A stretch of 64,000 bases of DNA. Origin: a virus. Lineage: Duplodnaviria; Caudoviricetes. The DNA is taken from positions 10,186 through 74,185 of the IMG/VR virus record IMGVR_UViG_3300027804_000063, one strand, 5' to 3'. Made by a program: the position numbers and the translations under genes. Of this stretch, positions 47,966 through 58,514 are shown one piece after another (position 1 is the stretch's first letter; each line of letters begins with the position of its first letter). Below the pieces are notes generated by a model that saw only the letters and a list, made by a program, of their open reading frames with translations, ran no database searches and was not told where the DNA came from.

Positions 47966-49894
47966 TTATTTTATTGGGCATGCTCCAGTTGCACAATTGT
48001 CAAGGTCAAGGTCAATTCCGCTCGCTTGGCTCAATGGAACAGATGTATCAATTTTTTTCACAAGAGCCTCATAGTCGCTTTGCGAGATTTGCTCATACGG
48101 AGGAAGCGGGAAGTTGTGGTCAGCGTGCAAGAGGAAAGACACAGACTTCACTCCCGTATCGTAGTTTTTGGACAACCATTCACGGATGGAGTCAAGTTCT
48201 TCTTTACGGTAGTAGACGGTAACCGAAACGGCATTATCCGCCCATTCGGTCTGCATCTTCTTAACCCATTCCAATTGTTCAACTGCTGTCATGTTTTCGG
48301 CGAGAACAGCGTTGTCTGGTGATTTACAAGGGAATTCAACGACATAGCGTGTGTGATCCTCTCTGCCATCAATGCCGATGTCCCATATAACCCTATGTCC
48401 TCGTGCCCGCAGACCAGCCACAAGCGCGTCAGATGCGCCGAAACGCACCCGACGGATGTAATACGGAGCGAACGCTGGATGAATGCCCGGTGTGATGCCG
48501 GGAAGCAATGAGAGGGTTCCTGACGGCTGAACAGTAGTGAGACGAACCGAACGAGGGAAACCCTTTTCCTTTGAGTAAGAAACATCAAACTCGTCTAGAT
48601 TGCGATACACCTCATCTAGCCATGAGACCTGCTCTTCTGAAGCCTGTAAAACACCTGAAATGCTTTGACCCAATCGTGCGTTCTTAGCGACGATTGTGTT
48701 CGTTTTTGCATATGGGTAAGAAAGTCGTGTTATTTGCTTCTGAACCATGTAAAGAAGTTGTGATAATTCTTTGAATTGTTCAATACTGCAAATATTGGGA
48801 AGAAAGATGGTGGAAAGATTGCAGGACTCACCATCACCTAAACCGATCTCTGCGCAAGGGTTGAAACCCTCAATTGATTTGTCGGCTCTTTCTTCTTTAA
48901 GTCTTCCGAACTTTCGTGCAAGACGGCGGTTGACAAGCCCGTATGGTTCTCCGCCTCCCGTGTAGCCCTTCCACAGTTCTGGCATGATGTGGTCGTAGTA
49001 GTCGGCGTAGATGCTGTTGTTTGAGTTGGCGCGATACCCCGGTATGTCTCCCGATGCCCAGTTTTTTGCACGCAGGAAAAGGACATCGTCTGGATCGCCA
49101 ATAGCAATCTGTGCCGAGCGACGTGATGAGCCTGACACAACGATGCGCCCAATAATGTTGCAGATGTCAAGAACATCAATAGAACGAAGTTTTTTTCCTT
49201 CTCGTGCCTCCATTACTTTGCAGATATCTGCAATCCCGTCAACGAGCGCACCGGGTCCGCTTGCCGTACCACCGAATGTCTTGAGCGGTGCACCGAATTC
49301 GCGGATGAGAATTGTGGAGTACGAGAAAGACTTTCCTGTATCAAAGTAAGACTTCAAGACGCTATGCAGTAGTCGCCTCCACCCTTGACGCGAGTCAGGG
49401 ACAATGATGTCCGCGTCATTTGTTCGTTCATGTGTGATACGCACATTTGGAAGAACTTTTGGTAGATCATGGATTTTTGCTCGCTCTACAGAAAAACCAA
49501 CACCGCCACCAAGCATTAGGTGGTCAAAAAGAAATTCAAAATCTTCTACTTTTTCTATGTTGACGAAGTAACAATTATTTAATGAAGCGGCGTTGAATTG
49601 TTTGATAAGTGGTGTTCCTAGTTGCCAAAGAGCGCGACCAGAAAATGAGCCACGAAGATTAAATACATGATCAAAAAGTTTTTCCGCTTGCTCTGTGGTA
49701 AGTGGAGTACCAATATCTATTGCTCCATTGACGCATCGTTGAACAGTCTCTACCCATGTTTCGTTACGGTTTAGTTCATCTATGCGACGCGAGTAGGTTC
49801 GCAAATAAACAACCTCACCTAGACCACTAAATCCCCATGGGGGTGTTTGGGTCTTGTATTGGTCTACAAATTCTTGAGATAGGTGAGCAGTCAC
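47966..49894 (-). CDS. nrdJ: Class II (B12-dependent) ribonucleotide reductase, monomeric RTPR type
   Basis: NNC, FNPCAEI, ESCNL, TTVQPSGT, C-terminal CATGACPIK. Confidence 0.95.
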   Translation of the reverse strand: MTAHLSQEFVDQYKTQTPPWGFSGLGEVVYLRTYSRRIDELNRNETWVETVQRCVNGAIDIGTPLTTEQAEKLFDHVFNLRGSFSGRALWQLGTPLIKQFNAASLNNCYFVNIEKVEDFEFLFDHLMLGGGVGFSVERAKIHDLPKVLPNVRITHERTNDADIIVPDSRQGWRRLLHSVLKSYFDTGKSFSYSTILIREFGAPLKTFGGTASGPGALVDGIADICKVMEAREGKKLRSIDVLDICNIIGRIVVSGSSRRSAQIAIGDPDDVLFLRAKNWASGDIPGYRANSNNSIYADYYDHIMPELWKGYTGGGEPYGLVNRRLARKFGRLKEERADKSIEGFNPCAEIGLGDGESCNLSTIFLPNICSIEQFKELSQLLYMVQKQITRLSYPYAKTNTIVAKNARLGQSISGVLQASEEQVSWLDEVYRNLDEFDVSYSKEKGFPRSVRLTTVQPSGTLSLLPGITPGIHPAFAPYYIRRVRFGASDALVAGLRARGHRVIWDIGIDGREDHTRYVVEFPCKSPDNAVLAENMTAVEQLEWVKKMQTEWADNAVSVTVYYRKEELDSIREWLSKNYDTGVKSVSFLLHADHNFPLPPYEQISQSDYEALVKKIDTSVPLSQASGIDLDLDNCATGACPIK

Positions 49895-49968
49895 TGAATC
49901 CTCTTTCGGCGCACAAGGCAATATGGGTAAAGAACCATATTACAACACCGCGGATTTTAAGTAAAATG

Positions 49969-50601
49969 CTAATTACGTGTAAGGTTATATTTTCTCGCTT
50001 CGGATAGCGGTATTACTTGTCCGACAGCAAACTTGCGTACTTTGGTGAAAATACCAGCAGATACTTCTTCGTCAACAAAAAAATCTTCTTCAACGCGAAA
50101 TGTTTGTTTGTCGTCTAACGATTTGAATATGCCCAAACCAAAGATTTTGTTTGGTGGCTGATGCCCCTCAGGTATGCAGTTTCCTGTTGGATCGCCACAG
50201 ACTATGCACGGTTCTGATGATGCGCGCAATATTTCTATGTCACCGAAAATGTATTCAGGCATAAGCAATTGTACATCAAGCCGTAAAAGGAAAAGGAGCG
50301 CTCAATGGCGCTCCTTTCCTTCTATGCGGGGGGCATAGATCTTGTGCCCCAAGTATTAGTTCTTGGGGGCGAACTTATTCTCCAATTTCATTGCCTTCAT
50401 TTCCTCGGCAAAAAGTTCGTCAAATTCTTGACTGTATCTCGTCTGCAAGACAAAAGATGCTCGGCGCTTAGCCTCATTGCGACGCTTTGCCTCAATCTTG
50501 CGGAGTTCGGCTCGTCGGGCACGCTCTTCTGCGGGGAGTGGCTTACGCCCACGGGTGACCCCGAGTTTCTTCTTTAGTTGCTGATAAGTGGTTGTAGCCA
50601 T
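49969..50601 (-). CDS. Two hypothetical ORFs (49969-50268 and 50356-50601)
   Basis: Separated by a hairpin at ~50288-50322. Confidence 0.6.
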
Positions 50602-50770
50602 TATGGGCTCCTATTTCTGTCTAGTGGTTTATATCTTCTTGGATCAGAGAGTAACTACTATTTGAGGATAAAACAACCCCTGCTAATAAAAAAACCTAAA
50701 CTTTATTTCTTTCTATTTAAAGGGTTTGGGCGGGTTGCCAAACCTCCCCCTAGGGGACTACACTTACGGT

Positions 50771-51298
50771 ATGAGTAATATAACTACAAATACTAAAGAA
50801 AGTGGAAATATGGAAACATCCCTGATAGCCCTACCAACCGTTAGAAACCTTAAAGAAGCACGATCTGAGTGCCTCTCGTATGATGCCGTTATAACCGCCG
50901 GTCCACACAAAGACGAGGTGCGCGATTTCGGTCACCCATGCCATAAGGTCGTTCAGTTCAGCGACACCATGTTTGAGCAAAATGGCGGACCGACCTATGG
51001 AGAAGTGGTTGAACTTATTGAGTTTGGCACAGGTGTGCCAAAACTACTAGTTCACTGCCATGCGGGTATCTCTAGGTCAACCGCAACAGCGTGGGGAGTG
51101 GCGATTGCCAATGGTTATGACCCACTTGAATCATTCCTACAGTTACAGGAAAACCACCCTATTGAGCATGGGTTGTTTCGTGGCGCGAAACGAACATTCG
51201 CACCAAATATTCTTATCGTCAAGCATCTTGACAAGTATTTCAATCTGGGTACAACCCTCCTAGAAATACGAAGCAAGCACACCGAGATGGGTTGGTAA
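50771..51298 (+). CDS. Protein tyrosine/dual-specificity phosphatase-like protein
   Basis: CX5R loop VHCHAGISRS; TTGCCA-N18-TACACT promoter suggests a leaderless start. Confidence 0.85.
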   Translation: MSNITTNTKESGNMETSLIALPTVRNLKEARSECLSYDAVITAGPHKDEVRDFGHPCHKVVQFSDTMFEQNGGPTYGEVVELIEFGTGVPKLLVHCHAGISRSTATAWGVAIANGYDPLESFLQLQENHPIEHGLFRGAKRTFAPNILIVKHLDKYFNLGTTLLEIRSKHTEMGW

Positions 51299-51302
51299 GA
51301 AA

Positions 51303-52253
51303 ATGCGCATATTTTGGAACGAAAACTACACGAGCATCAAACACAACTTTGATACTTCGCGCAAATCCAACAACATTATTGAGATGATTCAATCAGATCA
51401 AAACGACACCCCTAATAGGGTTAAGTTGTTAAAAGATATCCCGAGTGTTCAGATCGTCAACCCTGAGCAAACAACGGATATTTCTATTACTGAACGACTT
51501 ATTTCCAAATGGCTTGATTCGGAATATGTTGAAGCATTAAAAACAAACAACAACAGGTACTTGGCTGAAAGTCAAGGTTTCCCGTGGTGCACAAACACAT
51601 ACAAGTTTGCGCGCGCCCATACACACGGCTTGATCGCGTCAGTTGACGAAATTAAGGCTGGCGCAAAAAGGTGCGGGAGTTTGTCCTCAGGTCTACACCA
51701 CGCCTCACGAAGCGGTGGTATGGGGTTCTGTACTATCAACGGGGTTGCGTTGTCTGCCATATATGCGTATGAGCAGGGATTTGAGCCAATTATTCTTGAC
51801 TTTGATGCCCATTGTGGTGGCGGAACAATGGATTTCTTGAAGGCATTCAACAGCACATTTCAAACCTCTGAAAAACCAATACGCCACATTGATTTATCAA
51901 CCAACGGATTTGACTCATATAACCCAACACAGACAGATCATTGGTCATATCTACACATCCTTGAACGCAACGAAAATTATTTGGAAGCGATCAGCAGGGC
52001 GTTGGCGGAAGCCAAACCCTTCATTACCGATAAGACTTTGTTTATCTACAACGCAGGCATAGACCCAATAGGATCCCATGGGATAGATGACGATGTCATA
52101 GCGGATAGGGAAAGAATGGTTTCTAGTTTTATAGGCGACAGTAAGGCTATTTTTGCTTTGGCTGGCGGATATTCTGGTAGAACTGTGTCGCGAGACGATG
52201 TCGCACGAACACACCTCAAAACGATTTACGGTTGGTCATGTCAGACGAAATAG
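51303..52253 (+). CDS. Zn-dependent histone deacetylase family protein
   Basis: GLHHA, GFCTIN, DFDAHCGGGT, NAGID, GGY. Confidence 0.92.
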   Translation: MRIFWNENYTSIKHNFDTSRKSNNIIEMIQSDQNDTPNRVKLLKDIPSVQIVNPEQTTDISITERLISKWLDSEYVEALKTNNNRYLAESQGFPWCTNTYKFARAHTHGLIASVDEIKAGAKRCGSLSSGLHHASRSGGMGFCTINGVALSAIYAYEQGFEPIILDFDAHCGGGTMDFLKAFNSTFQTSEKPIRHIDLSTNGFDSYNPTQTDHWSYLHILERNENYLEAISRALAEAKPFITDKTLFIYNAGIDPIGSHGIDDDVIADRERMVSSFIGDSKAIFALAGGYSGRTVSRDDVARTHLKTIYGWSCQTK

Positions 52254-52736
52254 AACATGGGCTTTACGCCACATACACCAACATTAAATGCAGATGCGAA
52301 TTGTGCAGGAAAGCCGCTGCGGAATATATGCGCAATTACAGGAAAACATCTGTTGGTAAATCGCAAGCGCGTTTTCATCAGGTCGTAGCAAATAAGCGAT
52401 CACAAATTGCTATTCAATGGATCAAAGAAAACCATCCTGAGCAGTGGGATAAAATATGTTCACGCGCAATCAAACTCGTCAAAAAACAAGAAAGCGAAGA
52501 TTAATATGCCCTATGAAAGAAATGATTTAGAGGCTCGGTTTGATGATTTCGTTGAAGAAACAAATCAAAAAATTAAAGAACTTGAGTCAGTTATTCGCAT
52601 TCTTCAAAATGAACTGAGTTTGACCAAAAAAGAAACAACTAAAATCAATATCACAAACCAAGACATAAAGTCATCGCTCGGAGCAACAATCAAAACAGTT
52701 GGCGATATTGTCAGAAAAAATGGATACCGTAAATGA
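52238..52736 (+). CDS. Two small ORFs (52238-52504 with HG..Y...CRC..C; 52506-52736 coiled coil)
   Basis: Coupled ORFs. Confidence 0.65.
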
Positions 52737-53320
52737 GTAAATATCAAGGCTCAAGCAACCAAGAGGCATTCGTTCTAGAACTTCTTGACTATAAAAGAGC
52801 AGGCTTCTATGTTGAACTTGGGGCTTTCCATTCATCCGAAGGCAGTAATACCAAGATCTTGGAACAAGATTATGGATGGCAAGGTGTTTCCTTTGAGTTG
52901 GTTGATGAGCGCCGTTCCGAGTTCATTGAAAATAGGTTTAATCCATGTATGGGCGATGCTCTAAATTTTGATTATTTAGGCTACTTCCGCGACAATTTTT
53001 TCCCTAAGCAAATTGATTATCTACAGGTAGACATAGATACGGGATATGACAGGGCGACAAGACCTAACGGAAATCACTACACAACCCTTCTAGGTTTGAT
53101 TACCGTTCCGCTAACCCAATATAGGTTTTCAATTATCACCTTTGAGCATGATGCAAACATGTACTTCCGCAACACTGGTCAAAGAGATGCGCAACGAGAA
53201 ATCCTTGACTGCCTCGGCTATACATTGGTGGTGAGAACTATTCATGAAGATTGGTGGGTTGACCCAACAGTCATTAGCCCTGATGTCTATAAAAAGCACA
53301 TGAGATGGGAAACCCTTTAG
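52733..53320 (+). CDS. FkbM-like SAM-dependent methyltransferase
   Basis: FYVELGA...SNT..LE...GWQG...IDYLQVDID...ITFEHD. Confidence 0.8.
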   Translation: MSKYQGSSNQEAFVLELLDYKRAGFYVELGAFHSSEGSNTKILEQDYGWQGVSFELVDERRSEFIENRFNPCMGDALNFDYLGYFRDNFFPKQIDYLQVDIDTGYDRATRPNGNHYTTLLGLITVPLTQYRFSIITFEHDANMYFRNTGQRDAQREILDCLGYTLVVRTIHEDWWVDPTVISPDVYKKHMRWETL

Positions 53321-53898
53321 TGGGTAGCAAAAAATTTTATCCGTTTGTTTATCTGACAGATTTCCTGCCAAAAACAGACCACGAAACGCTTCTGAATCAA
53401 GCACTACAAAGCGAAGGTAGTTCTGATCCGCAAACCACTCATTTGATAAATCTAAGAAACTTGAACACATGGTCTGTGCGTGAGAAAATAATTGAAATAT
53501 ATCCACGCCATTTCGGTGAAAAATTACTCAAGATAAAAGGCGGTAATGTTCTTGCGTTTTACGATCAAAGAGGCATGGATTATCATCAAGATTCGGTGCC
53601 GAATAAAGATTATCCTGATGATCCAGAAGTTGGTTTTCCGCCCAACGCATCAGCCGTGTTTTACCTTAATGACAACTACGAAGGTGGGGAAGTCTGTTTT
53701 TCAACCTCTCAGCCGTCTGAACCACAGCCACGAATCGGCGACGCGAACATTACGCATTTGATTACTATAAAACCAAAAGCGAATTCATGTCTGTTTTTTG
53801 ACGCCGACATATGGCATTGGGTTAGACCAGTAACGGCAGGGAAAAGGTTCTCTGCAACATACTTTTTGCTTGTTGAACCACAGGCTAATCTTGGGTGA
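53305..53898 (+). CDS. 2OG-Fe(II) oxygenase, prolyl-4-hydroxylase-like
   Basis: YHQD, YLNDNYEGGE, KPK, WHWVRPVTAGKR. Confidence 0.88.
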   Translation: MGNPLVGSKKFYPFVYLTDFLPKTDHETLLNQALQSEGSSDPQTTHLINLRNLNTWSVREKIIEIYPRHFGEKLLKIKGGNVLAFYDQRGMDYHQDSVPNKDYPDDPEVGFPPNASAVFYLNDNYEGGEVCFSTSQPSEPQPRIGDANITHLITIKPKANSCLFFDADIWHWVRPVTAGKRFSATYFLLVEPQANLG

Positions 53899-54056
53899 TG
53901 CTTGAAAAAACATCTTTAGCGGAAACAGAATTTAATGCTTTGTACAATAACGCCACGCGCAGACTGCAAGACGAAATAGCGGTATTGAAATTGAAGATCA
54001 GCGAACTAGAAAAGCAGATAAATTGGTTAGAGCAAGAAAACTCTAAACATCTTTAA

Positions 54057-54458
54057 TTATTTTGTTTTAAATTCAGCCCAAGTCTTGTCGCCGACACCAA
54101 AATATTCACGCGCATAACCAGACTGAATAATGTCGGTGTTGAGGCATGCTGTCTTTGGGTCATCAATTTTGTCTGAACTAAAAATTCGTGCAAGGATGCG
54201 ACCGTATTTATCGTTTTTGTCAGGAATCGTATTGACAAATACCCACTCGTGGTTAGTTAGCCAATCTTCTGTAAATTTTTTTGCCTTTAATCCAAGTTCT
54301 TTTTCAGCAAGGTCTTTTGTTCGTGACTCTGGTGTATTCACACCGTAAAGCCGTACACGCATTTTATGGTGAATATTAAAACCAAGATCAACCATCAACT
54401 CAATTGTGTCGCCGTCAATAACTTTCTTGACAGTAGCGCCATACCAAAATCTTTCCAC
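54057..54458 (-). CDS. Thermonuclease (SNase-like)
   Basis: VIDGDT, VRLYGVNTPE, DKYGRILA. Confidence 0.9.
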   Translation of the reverse strand: MERFWYGATVKKVIDGDTIELMVDLGFNIHHKMRVRLYGVNTPESRTKDLAEKELGLKAKKFTEDWLTNHEWVFVNTIPDKNDKYGRILARIFSSDKIDDPKTACLNTDIIQSGYAREYFGVGDKTWAEFKTK

Positions 54459-54460
54459 GG

Positions 54461-55216
54461 CTAATCCTTATCTTTGGAGTTCTTGTATCGCTCAAGCATG
54501 CGTCGCCCTTTTGCGGCGAGAGCACTAGCGTCTTCCGCATTTTGCGGAACTGGTTCACCCCATGCCGCGGCTGAAAGAGCAAGGCGTGTAGGTCTGCCTT
54601 TTTCGTCCTTCATTGGTCCTGATGGATTACTGAAAAAACGGGTGAGGAATGAACCTTTGCGACGCATTTTTTCTGGTGTATCGGCGCGACCTTTCACTCC
54701 CGGTTTCAAATTTGAGCCCTCTGTGCGGTTGAAATGGGCTCTTCCCGCTGCGGTGAGCCCACCTTTTGGGTCTTTAAGTGGCTTATCAGACTTTTCTTTC
54801 AGTATCGGACCACCGCTTACCCATGCATCACAAGTTCTCGCGCTGGCGCATTTAAAATCAAATGCTTCGCAATAACCAAGATCGCCAGCATCCACAACTT
54901 CCCAAGCGCTGTTTCCTTCTTCGTTACCTAAACCACTTTCAATGCATTTCAGCATTCGTGGCGTCTTGATGAAGACCGCACAATTCCCACAGCGTTGTTT
55001 CTTCGCTTCTCCTTCAGAAACATCCCATCTGTCAGCCTTATTCTCCCAAAAAGAATTATTGGGTTCGTTTGGATTGAGCGGACCGTAACCAGCGTCATCT
55101 ATCGCTTTCTGCCTATTTTTAATGTTCAACTTGATATCGGATGTCGCAGGGGGACATTTGGTTTCAGCCTTTACACGAACCGAAATCGGTTGATCAATTA
55201 TTTCAGTGAACTTCAT
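54461..55216 (-). CDS. HiPIP-like Cys domain plus DUF6321-like domain protein
   Basis: CGNCAVF...GYCEAF...TCDAW; KDPKGGLTAAGR...SFLTRF. Confidence 0.6.
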   Translation of the reverse strand: MKFTEIIDQPISVRVKAETKCPPATSDIKLNIKNRQKAIDDAGYGPLNPNEPNNSFWENKADRWDVSEGEAKKQRCGNCAVFIKTPRMLKCIESGLGNEEGNSAWEVVDAGDLGYCEAFDFKCASARTCDAWVSGGPILKEKSDKPLKDPKGGLTAAGRAHFNRTEGSNLKPGVKGRADTPEKMRRKGSFLTRFFSNPSGPMKDEKGRPTRLALSAAAWGEPVPQNAEDASALAAKGRRMLERYKNSKDKD

Positions 55217-55243
55217 ATAGCCTCCATTATCCCACAAAAGCAA

Positions 55244-55281
55244 AAACCCCGCCCCAACCTTTCGGCTGAAGCGGGGTTTTT
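55244..55281 (-). terminator. Intrinsic terminator downstream of the capsid gene
   Basis: AAAAACCCCGC...GCGGGGTTTTT. Confidence 0.8.
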
Positions 55282-55297
55282 GTTAATTGCTTAGTGA

Positions 55298-56602
55298 TTA
55301 GGCTGATGGAGCCGCATCAAAACTTACCTTAACGAACGACTCTGGTCGCTTCACAGCGAGAGCGAGGCGTTGCTCGGCAAGGATGACGATCGCGTTACGC
55401 ACGAAGAAGTCTGCGTGCTGTTCCGAGATACGGATGCTTGGTGATTCACGGTCGTAGATTTGTGCGCCCGTACCGAAAGCACCGATAAGTGCAGTGCCTT
55501 CAGCAATTGCTGGCGTATCCACAACTGGGATCCTCCACAACTTCTGCTCGCCACCCATTGCAACAGAGACTGCTACGACATAAGCGCCGTTGCCGTCCTT
55601 GCTGAGTTCAATGTCTTCCCAGTCGTTCGGGTTAAGAACGATGCCCGATGGCTCGTAGTAAGCCAAGAAGGACAGGGTAGCGGCACGACGGATTGCGTCA
55701 GCCTTGGTGTCGGACATTCCTGCGGTGGCGGAGTAAACGCCATCTGACCAGTTGTAGGTCTGAACACCAGAGGTATTGAGAATACCAGTGAGGTTCTCGC
55801 CAGTGCCTGAACCGTTGAGGATTTGTGCATCTTCCTGCAAGCGGAGACCGTACATCAACTCGTTGTCAATGATTGAGCGCAGTTGTGGCTCATCAGCAAG
55901 AACGTTGCGGTGTGCGGCTTCCCAGTGAGCCAAGGTGCGAACAGGAGCCTGCTCACCAACGAAGGTGAAGGACGACTGTGGCTTGGCTGCGAAGGCGGCA
56001 CCTGAACGCTCAGCGACTGCTGCTGCGTTGTTGGTGAAGCCTGTCATGCGGAAGTACTCAATGATTGCGGCAGTCGTGGTGCGGCTTGGGAACAAGTCAC
56101 GAACACGCTTGGTACGCATTGGAGGAACGACCATTGCATCGCGTTGGATGGTTCCAAACGAGCCAGGTGTACCAGTTGGGAGTGCTGAGTACAAGTCTTT
56201 TACGTTGTAGTCACTCTTGTATGGTGCTGGCATGTTTGCTGATCCGCTAGCAAGAAGCGACTTGAACTCTGCTGAAGCAAGGAATGCTTCGCCGATGCTC
56301 TTGGAGCGTACTTGCTGTACTGCTTGCTGAAGTTCCGAAGTTGCAAAAGCCGAAGCCTGTGCTACTGAATCTTGTGGTTCAGAAGCCCACTTGTCAGCAT
56401 CGCGCATTGCCTCAAGGCTCTCAACGAGGCTCTTGATTTCGCGGATGTCTGCCATGTTCTTGTCAAACGCGGTCTTTTGTTCTGCTGATACGACCACGGT
56501 GCCGTCTTCAATTTTGAAGTTGTCGGCGATGGTCTTGTTTTCTGCCATCTTGGCGCGCATTGCACCTTGAAGTTCAGTTAAACGGCTGTTGTCAAATGAC
56601 AT
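55298..56602 (-). CDS. Major capsid protein, HK97 fold
   Basis: Coiled-coil delta domain, then VRDLF...TLAHW...ILNGSGTGENLTGILN...AEQRLALAVKRPESFV; AGGAG SD. Confidence 0.92.
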   Translation of the reverse strand: MSFDNSRLTELQGAMRAKMAENKTIADNFKIEDGTVVVSAEQKTAFDKNMADIREIKSLVESLEAMRDADKWASEPQDSVAQASAFATSELQQAVQQVRSKSIGEAFLASAEFKSLLASGSANMPAPYKSDYNVKDLYSALPTGTPGSFGTIQRDAMVVPPMRTKRVRDLFPSRTTTAAIIEYFRMTGFTNNAAAVAERSGAAFAAKPQSSFTFVGEQAPVRTLAHWEAAHRNVLADEPQLRSIIDNELMYGLRLQEDAQILNGSGTGENLTGILNTSGVQTYNWSDGVYSATAGMSDTKADAIRRAATLSFLAYYEPSGIVLNPNDWEDIELSKDGNGAYVVAVSVAMGGEQKLWRIPVVDTPAIAEGTALIGAFGTGAQIYDRESPSIRISEQHADFFVRNAIVILAEQRLALAVKRPESFVKVSFDAAPSA

Positions 56603-56750
56603 ATTTTTCTCACTCCTAGTGAATTGGATTTTTTGGTGGTTACTTCGTGGATATTTGCAGACTTCGGTAAGCACCTAGTCCAGTTACTATTACTGTAATA
56701 CGAGAATAACATCAAAGTAGTATTAAAAATGCAACCCCATTTAAAACGGG

Positions 56751-58514
56751 TTATTTTGCGTAATGTCTTTTCACAATTTGTGGGCAACATTGTTCTTTGT
56801 ATTTGATTCCGTATTCACCGTCGTCAAAACCAGCCCATTTTTTGTTGGTTTTTTTGTTGCGCCATGGGTGATCTAGCGGCAGTAAATCGTTATCATCAGA
56901 ATACTTTACGTCCTTTGGCTTATCTGAAAGAAGCAACGATAGGAACCGAGAAACCCGCTTATTCGCTGAAGAACGATCCCCATCTTGCAGACCGCGTAAA
57001 TACACGGTCTTTAGGTCGCGGAGATTTGTTTTCTGTGTAGTTTTTGCTTTGGCGTTATGTTGGCGCACACGAATGGCAAGATTATTTACATCTGAACTTG
57101 AAATAGATGGAGGAAGTTTTTTGGGTTTAGCCACAACCTTGTGCAAAAAAATCCCATCCGTTAAAGCATCCTTTTGAGATGACTTCACACCACGAGGCAA
57201 CATAATATCGCGAACATTTAGTTCTTCAGGCGTTACAACATATGGAAGTCTCTCCTGACGGCTATGTTCGTTTATATGTTGCTGAACCTGTTTTGGTGAT
57301 AATTTAAATTTTTTTGCTGATGCAACATATGCGCGACGCATCATAATGCGTTTTTTCTTCGCATAGTCTTTATCGTCTTTGCTGATTCCAGAATTTTTTT
57401 CCATCGCCTCAATAGTTGATTCCCAATAATCCAGCACCTCTTTTGCCTTATCGTAGGCAATAGCGCCAGGGGCAAGACGAGGTGCATCGGGTTCGTAAAC
57501 ATATCCTCTCGCGTTGGCGAGTCTTCTATCACGCTTCCTACGCGCAACTTCCTCATCCCACGCGTCAAGATCTCGTTGCTGTGCGCGGGTTAACTTTTTC
57601 TTTGGCGCTTGCTTCTTAGGCGCTGGTTTCTTTTTTTGAGGTTTTGGCACTTTGATAACGGGAATATTATCTTGACCGTCAGGACCTGTTCTAAACCCGT
57701 CGCCATCGCCGTCGTCGTTTGAAACAACTCCGCTTATTGGTTTGAACATTCTCCTGTATCCACCGATTGTTCTGCCTAAAGCCTTGTAATCTATCGCATC
57801 TTTTTTCTTGTATCCTGAGCCTTGGCGGCGAGGATTTATGCGAGGGCTATTATCGCCTCGTATGCCAGTAGCACGGTTGTAGTCGGAAACATTCGTACAT
57901 GGCAACCAAACAAGTTTTCCGTCTCGTGCGGTATATCGGCGGATACCGATACAGCCAAGGTTTCTTGCACGGATACGAGCAGACTCGGGATCGCTGAAAG
58001 TATCAGGGTCGGTAGAACGGCTAACAAAGTTAACAAAACCTTTTTCTTCAATGATTTCATCGGCTTCTTTGCCAGCGACAGCAGCGGAAACAAGCCCCCC
58101 ACCGGGCAATGTTTCAATGCCAGCAATAGGGCGCTCGTCTAATTTTTCCCAACCTTTGCGTGGTTTGTGGTCGCACGGAGCGTAATAGCGTTTACCAGCA
58201 AGAATGATTGTCCGCACGCCACCGCAACCGCGAATCTTAGAAATAGATAAAGCATCAGATCGGCTTTCGTAATACGCGTCTGTTTTTGTTTCTAAACGCT
58301 TTGTGCGTTGAACCATTTTGGGTGTTGGTTTTTTGTTTTTAGCAGCACGAACTTTTAAATACTCTTCTTTGCCTTTTTTGATTGCTTCGTATTCATCCAT
58401 TGACGCACAAGGCATCCAGCCCTTTTCGCCTTCATGCGCGCCTTGGCACCCGAGCATTCTTGCGACGCGAAGAGCCTGCTCTCTCGTCGTTAAATCAGGT
58501 TTTTTATTTTCCAT
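56751..58514 (-). CDS. Large head-cluster protein with three GCxG...PC repeats
   Basis: ARMLGCQG...MPC; KIRGCGG...APC; ARNLGCIG...LPC. Confidence 0.75.
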   Translation of the reverse strand: MENKKPDLTTREQALRVARMLGCQGAHEGEKGWMPCASMDEYEAIKKGKEEYLKVRAAKNKKPTPKMVQRTKRLETKTDAYYESRSDALSISKIRGCGGVRTIILAGKRYYAPCDHKPRKGWEKLDERPIAGIETLPGGGLVSAAVAGKEADEIIEEKGFVNFVSRSTDPDTFSDPESARIRARNLGCIGIRRYTARDGKLVWLPCTNVSDYNRATGIRGDNSPRINPRRQGSGYKKKDAIDYKALGRTIGGYRRMFKPISGVVSNDDGDGDGFRTGPDGQDNIPVIKVPKPQKKKPAPKKQAPKKKLTRAQQRDLDAWDEEVARRKRDRRLANARGYVYEPDAPRLAPGAIAYDKAKEVLDYWESTIEAMEKNSGISKDDKDYAKKKRIMMRRAYVASAKKFKLSPKQVQQHINEHSRQERLPYVVTPEELNVRDIMLPRGVKSSQKDALTDGIFLHKVVAKPKKLPPSISSSDVNNLAIRVRQHNAKAKTTQKTNLRDLKTVYLRGLQDGDRSSANKRVSRFLSLLLSDKPKDVKYSDDNDLLPLDHPWRNKKTNKKWAGFDDGEYGIKYKEQCCPQIVKRHYAK

